Of a stretch of DNA of 64,000 nucleotides, positions 20,903 through 31,777 are shown one piece after another. The DNA lies in assembly GCF_000007005.1 (NCBI RefSeq), contig NC_002754.1; one strand, written 5' to 3'. Position 1 is the stretch's first letter. Each line of letters starts with the position of its first letter. The notes under the pieces were generated by a model. That model saw only the letters and a program-made list of their open reading frames with translations, made no database searches and was not told the DNA's origin. Made by a program: the position numbers and the translations under genes. This DNA comes from Saccharolobus solfataricus P2. GTDB taxonomy: Archaea > Thermoproteota > Thermoprotei_A > Sulfolobales > Sulfolobaceae.

Positions 20903-22015
20903 TTATTCCGGTAAATACTCTTCCATACCAGAAATTCTTCTCAAGTCTTCTAAGGTCTTAGTTACACTCTCTCTTCCAAACTCCCTTTCGTAATCGAAAA
21001 TGCCTTTAGGAAAGCTTAATCCTAATCTGACACCTAGGTCAATATCTTCCTTGCTTGCAATTCCGTTTTTAACCATCCAATTTGCCTCACTTATCGCAGG
21101 AGCTATAATGTATAACGGATTTATTTTTTCAGCTAGTTGTGGAGGTAAATTAGGCTTAATATACTTATTTGATGGATAAGTATAGAACCCTTTTCCGCTC
21201 TTTACGCCGAGATCTCCCTTTTTTGTCATCTCCTCTAGTGTCTTACACGGATAGGCCTTAAATCCCCTTTCCATCATTGCAGAGCTTACGTAATAGTTAA
21301 CATCCACACCAGTGTAATCCACAAGTTCAAAAATTCCCATTGGAAATCCCAATTTATATCTAGCTACTGCGTCTATCGCAGTATATTCACAAATCCCCTT
21401 TTCAACAAGCATGCAAGCTGTGGTGATAATCCTCAATAATATTCTGTTAACCACAAATCCCGGTACGTCCTTATTAACCATTATTGGTATCTTTCTAAGG
21501 GATTTAATGAATTCATAAGTCTGTTTAACAGTGTCGTCTGAAGTTTTACTTCCCCTTATTATCTCCACTAACTGCATTAACACTGGGGGATTAAAGAAGT
21601 GAGTTCCTATAACCCTTTCTTGCCTTTTTACAGCAGAAGCAATTTCCGTAATTGGTAAGCTACTAGTATTAGTAGCCAATATCGCATTATTGGGTAATAG
21701 TTCCTCAAGCTTAGAAAATAGTTGTCTCTTTAAATCCAATTTCTCTGGTATTGCTTCTATTGATATATCAATTTCCCTTAACTCATTCGATAACCCTTCT
21801 ATGGTTTTAATTCTTCCCAAAACGTCCTCAACACTTTCCTTTAAGTTACCTTTTTCATACAATTTCTCCAAACTCCACTTGACCTTCTGTATTGCGTTAT
21901 TCAATATATCTTTAGATACATCACTCAGATAAACGTTATACCCAGCTATGGCTGAAACTTCGGCAATTCCGTGGCCCATTGTCCCTGCTCCAACTACCAA
22001 TACATTTCTTATCAT
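20903..22015 (-). CDS. 3-hydroxyacyl-CoA dehydrogenase
   Basis: GAGTMG, EAIPEKL, ATNTSSL, HFFNPP, PGFVVNR, duplicated C-terminal helical domain. Confidence 0.92.
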   Translation of the reverse strand: MIRNVLVVGAGTMGHGIAEVSAIAGYNVYLSDVSKDILNNAIQKVKWSLEKLYEKGNLKESVEDVLGRIKTIEGLSNELREIDISIEAIPEKLDLKRQLFSKLEELLPNNAILATNTSSLPITEIASAVKRQERVIGTHFFNPPVLMQLVEIIRGSKTSDDTVKQTYEFIKSLRKIPIMVNKDVPGFVVNRILLRIITTACMLVEKGICEYTAIDAVARYKLGFPMGIFELVDYTGVDVNYYVSSAMMERGFKAYPCKTLEEMTKKGDLGVKSGKGFYTYPSNKYIKPNLPPQLAEKINPLYIIAPAISEANWMVKNGIASKEDIDLGVRLGLSFPKGIFDYEREFGRESVTKTLEDLRRISGMEEYLPE

Positions 22016-22021
22016 GAAATT

Positions 22022-22558
22022 TCAACCTACTGGAACCAGTTCATAAGTTAGATATCCTTCTGGTTTCCTCTCAATAACCTCAAGTTTAACCTTCATCCCG
22101 ACTCTAACTTCCTTAGCCCTTACCCAGCCTAGAACATTTACTCCATTACTCATCCTAGCTATACCCACTATATAATCTTGATAGTGAGAGAATGAGGGAG
22201 GTTTGACGTTAACTACGGTATATGCCACAATTTCACCTTCCTTAGGCATTTCAATCCATTCTAAATTTGATATTTTGCATTTTGGACAATCATCTTGAGG
22301 CGGAAAATATATTGAGCCACACTTTGGACATTTCGTGGCTAGAATTTTACCCTCCCTTAATCCCTCAAAGAATTTGAATATCCTTTTAACTGGAATTTGA
22401 TACCTTAGGTCAATCTCCCTTACGTCAATCCAAAGGGGGTTATTAGTCTTTTGTTCATTCACTATTGGTAATTTAGTTGTCTTTATCGCGTTATCAAGCA
22501 TCAACAGTGATTGGGAAATTTCCTTTTGCATCTTATCCCTTATTTCATTTAGACTCAT
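22022..22558 (-). CDS. DUF35 Zn-ribbon/OB-fold protein (thiolase partner)
   Basis: CPKCG...FPPQDDCPKC plus OB-fold; 4-nt overlap with the thiolase. Confidence 0.9.
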   Translation of the reverse strand: MSLNEIRDKMQKEISQSLLMLDNAIKTTKLPIVNEQKTNNPLWIDVREIDLRYQIPVKRIFKFFEGLREGKILATKCPKCGSIYFPPQDDCPKCKISNLEWIEMPKEGEIVAYTVVNVKPPSFSHYQDYIVGIARMSNGVNVLGWVRAKEVRVGMKVKLEVIERKPEGYLTYELVPVG

Positions 22559-23742
22559 GTAGATGGCCTCCTAGTTGAGTATATTGTTACGTATGCGTAA
22601 TGTCCAGTTCCTCCAACGTTGTGCGTTATTCCCATCCCGTTCCTAACTTCCACTTGTGTTCCCTTATGTGCTCTGTATAATAACTGTCTTGTTATTGATA
22701 CTGCCATGCTTACCCCAGTTGCCCCTATTGGGTGTCCCTTTGCTTTCAACCCTCCATCAACGTTTACTGGTATTTTCCCTCCTATGTATGTTTGTTCTTC
22801 TCTTGCCAATAGGTATCCCTCACCTCTTTTTGCGAATCCTAAATCTTCATATGCCATTATTTCCGCTATTGTGAAACAATCATGCACATCTGCTACGTCG
22901 AAGTTCTTCCATGCGTTATCGAATTCTATTCTAGCTCTCTTATACGCTTGCTGTGCTGCAATGTGAGCTGCTTCTATATGTGTGAAGTCAGTTCTCCTAC
23001 TCAAGTTTGCAGTGCCACTAGCAACTCCTTGTGATACTATCCATACTGGAGAATCAGTTATCTTTTTAGCAACTTCCTCAGATGCTAAGACTATTGCAGC
23101 AGCACCGTCAGTAATTGGAGAGGAGTCCAGAAGCTTCAGGGGATAAGCAACTGGTTTGGACTTCAAATATTCCTCCATAGTTATTTCCTTTTGAAATTGT
23201 GCATAAGGGTTCTTAGCCCCATAATAATGATTCTTAATGGCGATCTTTCCTAAGTCTTCCTCTTTCATACCATATTTAGCCATATATGCGGAGGCGTGAA
23301 GTGCGTAATATCCTGGGAAGGTAAGCCCAAAGTTCTCAAACTCCCAGAAATAACCCCCAGCCCTGCCAATTAGTTCAACTACTTGGGGATTAGGTGCTTG
23401 ATGCATTTGTTCTACTCCTACGACTAGTGCTATATCTGCTTCACCAGATTTAATTGCTAGATAGGCATCTCTTATTGCTGCGCTTCCAGTGGAACATGCT
23501 GCCTCAACTCTCATAGTCCCCTTTGGTGTTAGGTTACAATACTCCCCTACTATTACTGCTGGTAATTCCTCGGAACTCCAATTCCCTACATTACCAACAA
23601 CGAAGTATTGTATTTCATTTTGATCTATGTTTGCTTCTTCAAGAGCTTGTTTAACAGCTTCCCATGCTAGTTCTTGCAAATTAACATCTGTCCTTACCCC
23701 GAATTTGGTGTGTCCAGTTCCGATAATTGCTACATTTCTCAT
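22555..23742 (-). CDS. Thiolase (SCP2-type/archaeal)
   Basis: VEAACSTG, HDCF loop, KGHPIGATG, HNVGG. Confidence 0.92.
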   Translation of the reverse strand: MRNVAIIGTGHTKFGVRTDVNLQELAWEAVKQALEEANIDQNEIQYFVVGNVGNWSSEELPAVIVGEYCNLTPKGTMRVEAACSTGSAAIRDAYLAIKSGEADIALVVGVEQMHQAPNPQVVELIGRAGGYFWEFENFGLTFPGYYALHASAYMAKYGMKEEDLGKIAIKNHYYGAKNPYAQFQKEITMEEYLKSKPVAYPLKLLDSSPITDGAAAIVLASEEVAKKITDSPVWIVSQGVASGTANLSRRTDFTHIEAAHIAAQQAYKRARIEFDNAWKNFDVADVHDCFTIAEIMAYEDLGFAKRGEGYLLAREEQTYIGGKIPVNVDGGLKAKGHPIGATGVSMAVSITRQLLYRAHKGTQVEVRNGMGITHNVGGTGHYAYVTIYSTRRPST

Positions 23743-23765
23743 ACTTTAATCTACCACTTGATAGT

Positions 23766-25379
23766 TTATTTAGTTTGTGTCATGTCTCTAAGTACCTTTT
23801 TATCTATCTTATTGGTTGAAGTTAGTGGCATGGAACTTATGAATATAAATCTATCTGGAATCCACCACTTTTGAATTTTACCCTCGTCCGCAAGTTTCAA
23901 TAGGAATTGCCTTATTTCCTCCTCAGACACTTGCTCTTTCGGAACTATGAATGCAGCTGGTCTTTCTCCCCATTTCTCGTCCTTAATTCCAACTACTGCA
24001 ACTTGAGACACCTTAGGGTGTAATGATATGGCGTTCTCTAAGAGTAATGAAGGAATGAATTCTCCACCGCTCTTTATTGCATCTTTCTCCCTATCAACTA
24101 TATGTATATATCCGTACTGATCCATATAGGCTAAGTCACCAGTATGTAGCCATCCTCCTTTCCATAAGGCCTTAGTTTTTTCCGGATCTTTATAGTACTC
24201 TTGAGTTAACCATGGTGCTCTAACTACTATTTCCCCTATCTTACCAGTTTCCTTTTCTTTTCCAGTTGCTGGATCAACAATTTTAATTTGAACTAAAGGA
24301 ATCGGTGCCCCAGCAGTTATTTGCGCCATGAATTTAGTGTTATCATCTAATCTTTCAATTGCTGAGTTATAATAACCGACTGACAATACTGGACAAGTTT
24401 CAGATAGGCCATATCCTCCTATTACAGTAATACCTAATTCTTTAGCTTTTTTAGCTAACCCTTCTGGAAGCGCAGAACCTCCTATTGTAACTTTCCATCT
24501 CTTAAATACGTGGAGATATCTGGGAGCATCGGGATTCGTTAGTAATAGGTAAAGTATAGTTGGTACCATTGCTGAATACGTTACACCCTCCTTATCCATT
24601 AGGCTTAGTATGAAACTGTAATCGTATTTCCCTGGTAAGACATATTTAACTCCAGCCATTAGCGCCACATAAGGATATCCCCAGGCATGTACGTGAAACA
24701 TTGGTACTAGGATCATATATACGTCATTTGAGGTCAGACTTAATGGAGGTCTAGCTCCAACCAAGCTTACACTTATGGCATGCAATACTATCTTTCTGTG
24801 ATTAAACCATACACCCTTTGGTTCTCCTGTAGTACCTGATGTATAAAATATTGTAGCCATATCGTTTTCATTAACGTTAGTCTCCTCTTCCAACGGTTCA
24901 TTTGATTCTATCAGTTCCCAGAAATCTATTGTATCTAATGAGCTTCTTACCTTTTCCTTAGAATCGCTATAGGATATTACTTTCATCCCTACTGGCATTA
25001 TTCCCTTCGCTTTTTCTATGAGTGGCATGAACTCATCTCTTACTATTAAATACTTATCCTCTGCGTGCAATATTGTCTTTGCAATTAATTCCAAGGGATA
25101 TCTGATATTTACTGTGTGCAACACAGAACCTATCATAGGTATTGCGTAATAGTTGTGCATATAGACATCAGTATCCCAATCTATAACTCCTATCTTTTCT
25201 CCTCTCTTAACTCCTATCTTTCTTAATCCATTTGCTAACCTTTTTACAGAATTTGCGAAAGATCTAAAGGTATATCTTCTAATATCTCTGTATACTATTT
25301 CTCTATCTGGAAAACTTCTAGAACCAGAATCTAATATCTTATCTATTGTTAATTGGTATTCGTAATATTCGCTATTCAT
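23766..25379 (-). CDS. Medium/long-chain fatty-acid--CoA ligase
   Basis: YTSGTTGEPKG, PMFHVHAWG, GYGLSET, TGD, IKSGGE, KIDKK. Confidence 0.92.
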   Translation of the reverse strand: MNSEYYEYQLTIDKILDSGSRSFPDREIVYRDIRRYTFRSFANSVKRLANGLRKIGVKRGEKIGVIDWDTDVYMHNYYAIPMIGSVLHTVNIRYPLELIAKTILHAEDKYLIVRDEFMPLIEKAKGIMPVGMKVISYSDSKEKVRSSLDTIDFWELIESNEPLEEETNVNENDMATIFYTSGTTGEPKGVWFNHRKIVLHAISVSLVGARPPLSLTSNDVYMILVPMFHVHAWGYPYVALMAGVKYVLPGKYDYSFILSLMDKEGVTYSAMVPTILYLLLTNPDAPRYLHVFKRWKVTIGGSALPEGLAKKAKELGITVIGGYGLSETCPVLSVGYYNSAIERLDDNTKFMAQITAGAPIPLVQIKIVDPATGKEKETGKIGEIVVRAPWLTQEYYKDPEKTKALWKGGWLHTGDLAYMDQYGYIHIVDREKDAIKSGGEFIPSLLLENAISLHPKVSQVAVVGIKDEKWGERPAAFIVPKEQVSEEEIRQFLLKLADEGKIQKWWIPDRFIFISSMPLTSTNKIDKKVLRDMTQTK

Positions 25380-25413
25380 GTTATAATACTTTGAAAAACA
25401 ACTATAAAAAATT

Positions 25414-26616
25414 TTACATCTTAATTCCGAGAAGTCTTCTCGCAGTTTCCCTTAATATAACAAGTTTTTGAATATCATTAGCACCTTCGTATATTCTCAT
25501 TACCTCAACATCTCTTAACAATCTCTCTACACCAGTAGAAGTAGCTACACCGTATCCACCATGAACAGTTATTGCCCTAATCGCAACCTTCTCTGCAATA
25601 TCTGTTGCGTACAATTTAGCCATTGAGGCAGCTACTATAGCTTCATTCTCAAGACCACGGTCAAATAAATTAGCTGCCCAGTACGTGAGTAATCTTGCAG
25701 TATTTACTTCAGTAAGTGATTCGGCTATCTTCTCTTGAACCATTTGAAATCCTATTAATGGACTCTGGAAAGCAAACCTCTGAGTTGAATATGTGACCAT
25801 TCTCTCTAACGCAGCCTGGGCAACACCAACTCCTTGGGCTGCAACACCAACCCTTGTCCTATCGAAAGTGGCCATTGCGTACTTGAATCCATTCCCTTCT
25901 TCTCCCAAAAGGTTTTCTGCAGGGACCTCTACGTCTTCAAAGGCTAACTCTGCAGTATTTGAAGCCCTTAATCCCATAGTCTCAATTCTATTCAATACCT
26001 TAACTCCCTTCCATTCCCTTTCTACTATGAACATCGATATCCCCTTCCATCTAGCATTGGGCTCTGGGGGTGATGTCCTAGCTGTAACCACGTAATAGTC
26101 AGCTATCCCACCATTAGTGATAAAGATTTTCCTACCATTAATAACGTATTTACCATTTATCTTTTTAGCCACCGTCTGTATTCCAGCAACGTCTGATCCC
26201 GCTACTGGTTCAGTATTAGCAAAAGCTGCAACTTTATCTCCCCTAGCTACTGGAGTAACGTACTTTTTCTTCTGTTCTTCATTACCGAAAAGCAATATTG
26301 GAGTCATGAATAACCCTCCAACAGATATTCTCGTAGAAAGTGAGGCCCAGACTCTAGATATCTCTTCTTGAGCTATGGCAGTCATTAGCGTATCTCCACC
26401 TTGACCACCGTATTGTTCTGGTACTGCAACACCATATAGACCAATTTCCTTAGCTTTTTCCAATACTTCCTTTGGTACTGTACCTTCTTTTTCACCCTTT
26501 TCCACATAAGGCGCAACGTCTCTCTCCATGAATTCCCTTACAGCTCTCCTAAATAGTTCATGTTTCTCGGAAATGTTTATAGAAAATGCTTCCACACTAC
26601 TGAAAGGTAAGACCAT
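25414..26616 (-). CDS. Acyl-CoA dehydrogenase
   Basis: TEPVAGSD, NGRKIFITNG, HGGYG, IYEG. Confidence 0.93.
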   Translation of the reverse strand: MVLPFSSVEAFSINISEKHELFRRAVREFMERDVAPYVEKGEKEGTVPKEVLEKAKEIGLYGVAVPEQYGGQGGDTLMTAIAQEEISRVWASLSTRISVGGLFMTPILLFGNEEQKKKYVTPVARGDKVAAFANTEPVAGSDVAGIQTVAKKINGKYVINGRKIFITNGGIADYYVVTARTSPPEPNARWKGISMFIVEREWKGVKVLNRIETMGLRASNTAELAFEDVEVPAENLLGEEGNGFKYAMATFDRTRVGVAAQGVGVAQAALERMVTYSTQRFAFQSPLIGFQMVQEKIAESLTEVNTARLLTYWAANLFDRGLENEAIVAASMAKLYATDIAEKVAIRAITVHGGYGVATSTGVERLLRDVEVMRIYEGANDIQKLVILRETARRLLGIKM

Positions 26617-26799
26617 ATAATTTACTGAACCAATAGACTAATTATAACTCTTTCTATCATTAGATGCAATTTCAGCCTTTAATTTAGCACATATTGGTAC
26701 CGAAAAGTAATATATTAATCATAAGTGAATAAAGAAAAAACTATGTGAAAAGATAATATTTAGGTGATCACCTTATAAGAACAACATGTAGAAAGAAGG

Positions 26800-27732
26800 T
26801 CAGATTACCTTTAAAATAGCTCTTCCTAAGACCTTTCTCTCCAACATTTTCCTATATGCCTCATTTATTCTCTCTAATTCATAAATTTCGTATATAGCTT
26901 TGATTTTCCCATACCCTACCAATTTAATGGCTTCCTCGTATTCTGCTTGAGTATAAGATGCAGAACCTACTATTTTATGCTGTCTCATTATGCTCATTGC
27001 TGGCCTTGATAGCGTTATCGGCTCCCCTTCAGTATTTCCGATCAAAACTAGAATACCTTCCTTCTTTAATGCCCTTAACGAATCGTTTATGGTTTTAGAA
27101 CCCACTAGTTCAAATATTGCATCAAACTTTTCACCTCTTATATCACTCACTGGCGTTACCCCCAATTCTTTAAGCTTTTCTCCTTTAGATGATAACCCAT
27201 AAACGTTTGATATACCTAAATATTTCAAGTATTGTACAAGATGGATACCTACTCCTCCACCTGCCCCAGTTACCAAAACTTTACTATCCTTCTTTAAATC
27301 TGCAAGTTTAGATGCGTGAATTGCAGTGGCAACTGGGTCCATTGTAGCTGCGTATTTTTCGAGTTTATCGTCTGGCAAGGGTATGAGATTTCTTTCTGGG
27401 ACAATGACCTGCTCTGCATATCCTCCAGTTATCTCTCCCTCTCCTAAAATTCTAGCGTTATCACATAAATTCTCCTTCCCGCTTTTACAATAGTCACAGC
27501 TTCCGCAATATAGATTTGGGTAAACAGCTACTGGTCTTCCATTATAGTAACCTACTATTTCATGCCCTAGGATTAAGGGTAGCTTGAGATTTTTAAATCC
27601 ACCCTTCCATATAACTAGATCCCTTCCACATATTCCAGTATACGCTACGTTTATTCTAACTCCTACTCCATGAGGCTCTGCGTTACCTATTATAAAGGGT
27701 GAGTTAAACTGTGTTAAAATAGCCGCTTTCAT
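26800..27732 (-). CDS. Zn-dependent MDR alcohol dehydrogenase
   Basis: CGRD, GHE, CGSCDYCKSGKENLC, GAGGGVG. Confidence 0.9.
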   Translation of the reverse strand: MKAAILTQFNSPFIIGNAEPHGVGVRINVAYTGICGRDLVIWKGGFKNLKLPLILGHEIVGYYNGRPVAVYPNLYCGSCDYCKSGKENLCDNARILGEGEITGGYAEQVIVPERNLIPLPDDKLEKYAATMDPVATAIHASKLADLKKDSKVLVTGAGGGVGIHLVQYLKYLGISNVYGLSSKGEKLKELGVTPVSDIRGEKFDAIFELVGSKTINDSLRALKKEGILVLIGNTEGEPITLSRPAMSIMRQHKIVGSASYTQAEYEEAIKLVGYGKIKAIYEIYELERINEAYRKMLERKVLGRAILKVI

Positions 27733-27763
27733 ATATTAAAAAAGGAATTGATTGTTAATATAT

Positions 27764-28567
27764 TCATTGTTGACTTAAAGATTTAGGTACAAACATACAC
27801 TTATCTTCAATCTTTCCAGCCAACGCGTCGTCTAGGAGCAGATAGGGGTTCTTAACTTCTTGTAAGCGCTTTCCCGTACCTCCTCTAAGGTCTAATACTA
27901 CCTCAGACAATATGCTCAAGGCTATCTCCTCTGCGGTCTTCGAACCAATATCTAAACCTAGTGGGGAATGCAATCTTCTCTTTATTTCCTCTAGCGGGAT
28001 ATCTCTCTTAACTAATAATGAAATCATTAGAGCTGCTCTCTTTTGACTGGCCAATAACCCAACAAATCTTGCCCTCTTTTTCATTGCGATATATAACGCG
28101 TCTATATCATATGGTTTACCTCCCTCATTTGCTACAATTACAATTGAATCCTCACTTACCATTTGCTCCAGTAGATTTAGATCATTTGAAATAGCGTAAA
28201 CTCCGCTAAAGTCCTCTTCCTTAACATCGCCAGAACCCACTACAGCGACGTAATACCCCATATCTATAGCTAGTTTAGCTAAGAACCTAGCAATAATACC
28301 AGATCCTACTACTATTATGGCTGGCCTTGGTTCAATTGGTTCGATCACTAATTTACCATCTTCTAAATCTTTTTGAATTACCTTTCCCTTTTCCAACGCT
28401 TCCAACGCAATTTCAATTATATTTCTGTCCAAACTTCCAAGAAGGACTCTTCCGTCTGATACTATGGTTCTCTCTAGTCTGTTTCCCTTGTAAATGGAGA
28501 CTATTGCAAAACGCTTCCCTTCAGCACTTAATTTTGAAATTAATGGAAAGATCTCACACGAACTCAT
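27764..28567 (-). CDS. XdhC/CoxF-family molybdoenzyme maturation protein
   Basis: [24 protein letters not shown]. Confidence 0.88.
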   Translation of the reverse strand: MSSCEIFPLISKLSAEGKRFAIVSIYKGNRLERTIVSDGRVLLGSLDRNIIEIALEALEKGKVIQKDLEDGKLVIEPIEPRPAIIVVGSGIIARFLAKLAIDMGYYVAVVGSGDVKEEDFSGVYAISNDLNLLEQMVSEDSIVIVANEGGKPYDIDALYIAMKKRARFVGLLASQKRAALMISLLVKRDIPLEEIKRRLHSPLGLDIGSKTAEEIALSILSEVVLDLRGGTGKRLQEVKNPYLLLDDALAGKIEDKCMFVPKSLSQQ

Positions 28568-28767
28568 AAACTAATATTAAATTAGCTAATTAAATACCTT
28601 TTTCTCTAACTAGTTTTAATTCTTTAAGCACATACGTAAACTATTTTCTTATACTCTTTATCTTAATAAACGAGTTTATAAAATTTACAATATAATTTCT
28701 TATTATAATGGATAGCCTGAAAATTGTATAACAGAAAAGTTTTTTATATAGAAAAATTAACTAATTT

Positions 28768-29439
28768 ATGCCACAACAAAATACTGAGATATTGGGCTTA
28801 GAAAAGATCAAAAAAGGCGTTACCTATTTCCTCTTCTACTCCATACTAGACATCATTGTATCAGTGGGAGTCTTCATAACACTAGTGTCAGTGTTCCATT
28901 TACCTTTAACTGTCAACAGCATGCTAGCCCATTATGGAATTTACGCTGAGATTGTTCTAGTAATTGAAGCGGTCTTATTGCCCATATTTATACTCTCCTT
29001 TTGGAGAATAAGGGAAGGATTTAAAATATTGGCAACTTCTAGAAAGGAGTTAAATAAAGGAACACTAGGAGGCACTATAGGAGTAATAGGTTACGTGTTA
29101 GTTCTAGCTGGATCAATAGCTCTGATCCCAGTTCAACTGCAACAAACCGTTATGCCCATAGCCGGTAGGATAGTGATTGGAGGATATTTACTTTCACTTA
29201 TAGGAGTACTTTTAATAGGATTAGCTTACATGAAGGCTAGTAACATTTACAATAACAGAACCATAAAGGAGGGAGGGACATTAATTTTAGCGTGGGTTCT
29301 AATAGCATTTATAATCGGTATTGCACACAGTGAACCAATTGCAATCTTTTCAGAGATATTTATTAGTTCTATAGGATTACTTAGTGCTTATCTCTTATCT
29401 TCAGGCTTAGGGCAAGTTTTGAGATCAAAGCAAATCTAG
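28768..29439 (+). CDS. Multi-pass membrane protein (DUF973-like Sulfolobales family)
   Basis: LGLEKIKKG start, REGFKIL, YNNRTIKEGG; family call from memory. Confidence 0.65.
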   Translation: MPQQNTEILGLEKIKKGVTYFLFYSILDIIVSVGVFITLVSVFHLPLTVNSMLAHYGIYAEIVLVIEAVLLPIFILSFWRIREGFKILATSRKELNKGTLGGTIGVIGYVLVLAGSIALIPVQLQQTVMPIAGRIVIGGYLLSLIGVLLIGLAYMKASNIYNNRTIKEGGTLILAWVLIAFIIGIAHSEPIAIFSEIFISSIGLLSAYLLSSGLGQVLRSKQI

Positions 29440-29492
29440 AGAAAAAGTCTCTATTAGAAATATAAAAAAATAAGCTATTTTTTGTAAGTCCT

Positions 29493-31097
29493 TTAGCTCG
29501 GTGGTAAAGAAGAAGAGAACGCTAATCTTAACAGTTGAAATAGTGACCAAACAACACCGTAGGTAGTATTTAGATTTAGCTCCCTATACTCTAAGGCTGA
29601 TTTCCCTTTAGTCTCCTTTAGCCTTTCAAAATACCACTCTATAGTTTTAAATACTTTATCGATCATGTACGTTACAATCGATCTTATGAAAGGATTCTTA
29701 CTAGTGTAGGCTATTGTATTTCCCAGTCTTCTAGTAATCTTCAGATCATATTTCCATGAAAGATATAATAAGTCCCAATATCTAGACGGCAATCTCTCTA
29801 ATGCAGGTAACGGATTATCCCTAATTTTAGATAAACCCATCGGTATAACTGGCAATGGAAATATCCACGCAATTGGTTCATGATCTATAATGTATTCAAC
29901 TAATTTTATTGAATCCTCAACGTCCTTATCAGTCTCTTCTGGATACCCTATGGTCATAGTATAGCAAGGGAAGATATAGCTTTCATTCATTATCGCTGTG
30001 GACTCCACTATTAAATCCTTCCAATTGGTATAGTTCCAAGGAAAAGCTTTCATCTTCATATATTTATTGAATATTTTTTCGCTTCCAGTCTCAAGCCCTA
30101 CCACTGGAGAAACAGCCTTCTCCTCATTCCATTCAGCTATCTCAGCCATAGCCTTAACAGTCTTAGGACTTAACTTGACTGGTGCTGCGGAAATATGAGC
30201 GAAGTTTATATAATCCACTCCTGCTCTCTTCAACTCAGCGTACAATCTTACTATCGCATCGTGGTTCACTTCATTAAGCCTTTTAGCCCCATATAGTAAC
30301 ATATCATCAGTTATCAAACTGACGTCTTTAATTCCAGCCTTCATATTCACTTCCACTTCTCTCATAATATAATCTAATGGGAAGGAAATGAACGTGTCCG
30401 GAGTTACTGAACAGAACCAACATCCTCTAGGGCAACCTCTAGTAATCTGAACCTCACCTCCCCTAGACGGGTTAATAATTGGTGGAATTTCATCTAATTT
30501 TCTAGGATATCTTCCCCTTACTACTCTAGGCACTTCTTCTCCTTGCTCCAACTTCTTGACTACTTCTGGGAAATCAACCTCAGCATGGCCTAAGAATATT
30601 ACATCTGCCCATCTCGGAGGATCCTTTTCCAATTGCCATGCCCCAGCCCCTCCTACTACGACTTTAAGATGGAATTTTTCCTTCAGCTTACTCACTTTTT
30701 CACCCAATTCGTCAAAAAATTTTGCAGTCCACGTCTCTCCTCCTCCAAAAATCATGCTTAATTTAGCACTAACCGGTTCAATTCCTCTTGGATCATGAAC
30801 GTTGATACCAATTACTTTAGTCCCTTTACTAGTTACTACCTTCTCCAGCTTTTCTGGTGTGGTAACTACTACGTTAAATCCACTTTTCGCCAATACAGCT
30901 TCAACTTTCCTAAGGGGGTAAGGCGCTACTATAGCCTTACCTTCTTTATCTGTGGACATAGGAGGTGCGAATATTCTATCCATGAAAAATCTCGGAACCA
31001 ATCTATAAGGTAAACAAGAAACATAGCCTAATGGTGCAATTCCACCATAATCTGTGAATGTACCTCTATCAGAAGTTAAAACTACATCATACGTCTT
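29493..31097 (-). CDS. B12-binding-type radical SAM protein; start codon uncertain
   Basis: QITRGCPRGCWFC (CxxxCxxC), GLETGS. Frame stays open 32 codons upstream of the TTG at 31001, up to a TAA at 31100-31098. Confidence 0.8.
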   Translation of the reverse strand, partial: KTYDVVLTSDRGTFTDYGGIAPLGYVSCLPYRLVPRFFMDRIFAPPMSTDKEGKAIVAPYPLRKVEAVLAKSGFNVVVTTPEKLEKVVTSKGTKVIGINVHDPRGIEPVSAKLSMIFGGGETWTAKFFDELGEKVSKLKEKFHLKVVVGGAGAWQLEKDPPRWADVIFLGHAEVDFPEVVKKLEQGEEVPRVVRGRYPRKLDEIPPIINPSRGGEVQITRGCPRGCWFCSVTPDTFISFPLDYIMREVEVNMKAGIKDVSLITDDMLLYGAKRLNEVNHDAIVRLYAELKRAGVDYINFAHISAAPVKLSPKTVKAMAEIAEWNEEKAVSPVVGLETGSEKIFNKYMKMKAFPWNYTNWKDLIVESTAIMNESYIFPCYTMTIGYPEETDKDVEDSIKLVEYIIDHEPIAWIFPLPVIPMGLSKIRDNPLPALERLPSRYWDLLYLSWKYDLKITRRLGNTIAYTSKNPFIRSIVTYMIDKVFKTIEWYFERLKETKGKSALEYRELNLNTTYGVVWSLFQLLRLAFSSSLPPS

Positions 31098-31777
31098 TTA
31101 ACTCACCTCCAGATTTAACATGTCACTTTCTTAAAATAAAAACTTTCATATTATAAAAAGTTAGAAGGATAACTTTTAACTTGCACTTAGACAAGAAAGA
31201 AAACTGTCACTTTATTCAGAAGCAGATTGCGCCTCGTCGTACTCCTTATCGCTAACCTTTTCAAGCCACTCTACCGATTTACCGTTTAGCTTTTCTTGAA
31301 TAGCTATATGGGTCATTGCAGTCGTTGACGTAGCACCATGCCAGTGTTTCACGCTAGGAGGAGTCCATATAACATCTCCAGCCTTTATCTTTCTAGGAGG
31401 GTTTCTCCAGGTTTGAATTAACCCTGTTCCGTAAGTGACTATTAATAGCTGCCCTAATCGGTAGACCCAAAATCATTTTACAAAAAATAATTTTGGTTGG
31501 GTAATATCAGATTCTGAAAAATAATAGAATTTATAGCTTTAACAAGAACGCAACTAATTGAAGAAAGATTTAAGGTGAGGAAGCCGGTATTATCACGTGG
31601 TGAAGACAAGGTGATAACACCTGGTCTTCCCCACCAAAATAATATACAACAAGTAGGGTATAAATTACTTTCCATGTTGAGCTTCAAGGGAAGAAAGGCT
31701 GAGGAGGTATCGAGAGTTCTGGTCTCCGCGTGCTTGTGGAACGACTCCGTGGAAAGCAAGTCCAAAGGGTATAACGT

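Noticed and set aside
31098-31100. Recoding (Sec/Pyl readthrough) at the in-frame stop of the radical SAM gene
   Set aside because: The codon is TAA, and Sulfolobales are not known to have Sec/Pyl machinery.
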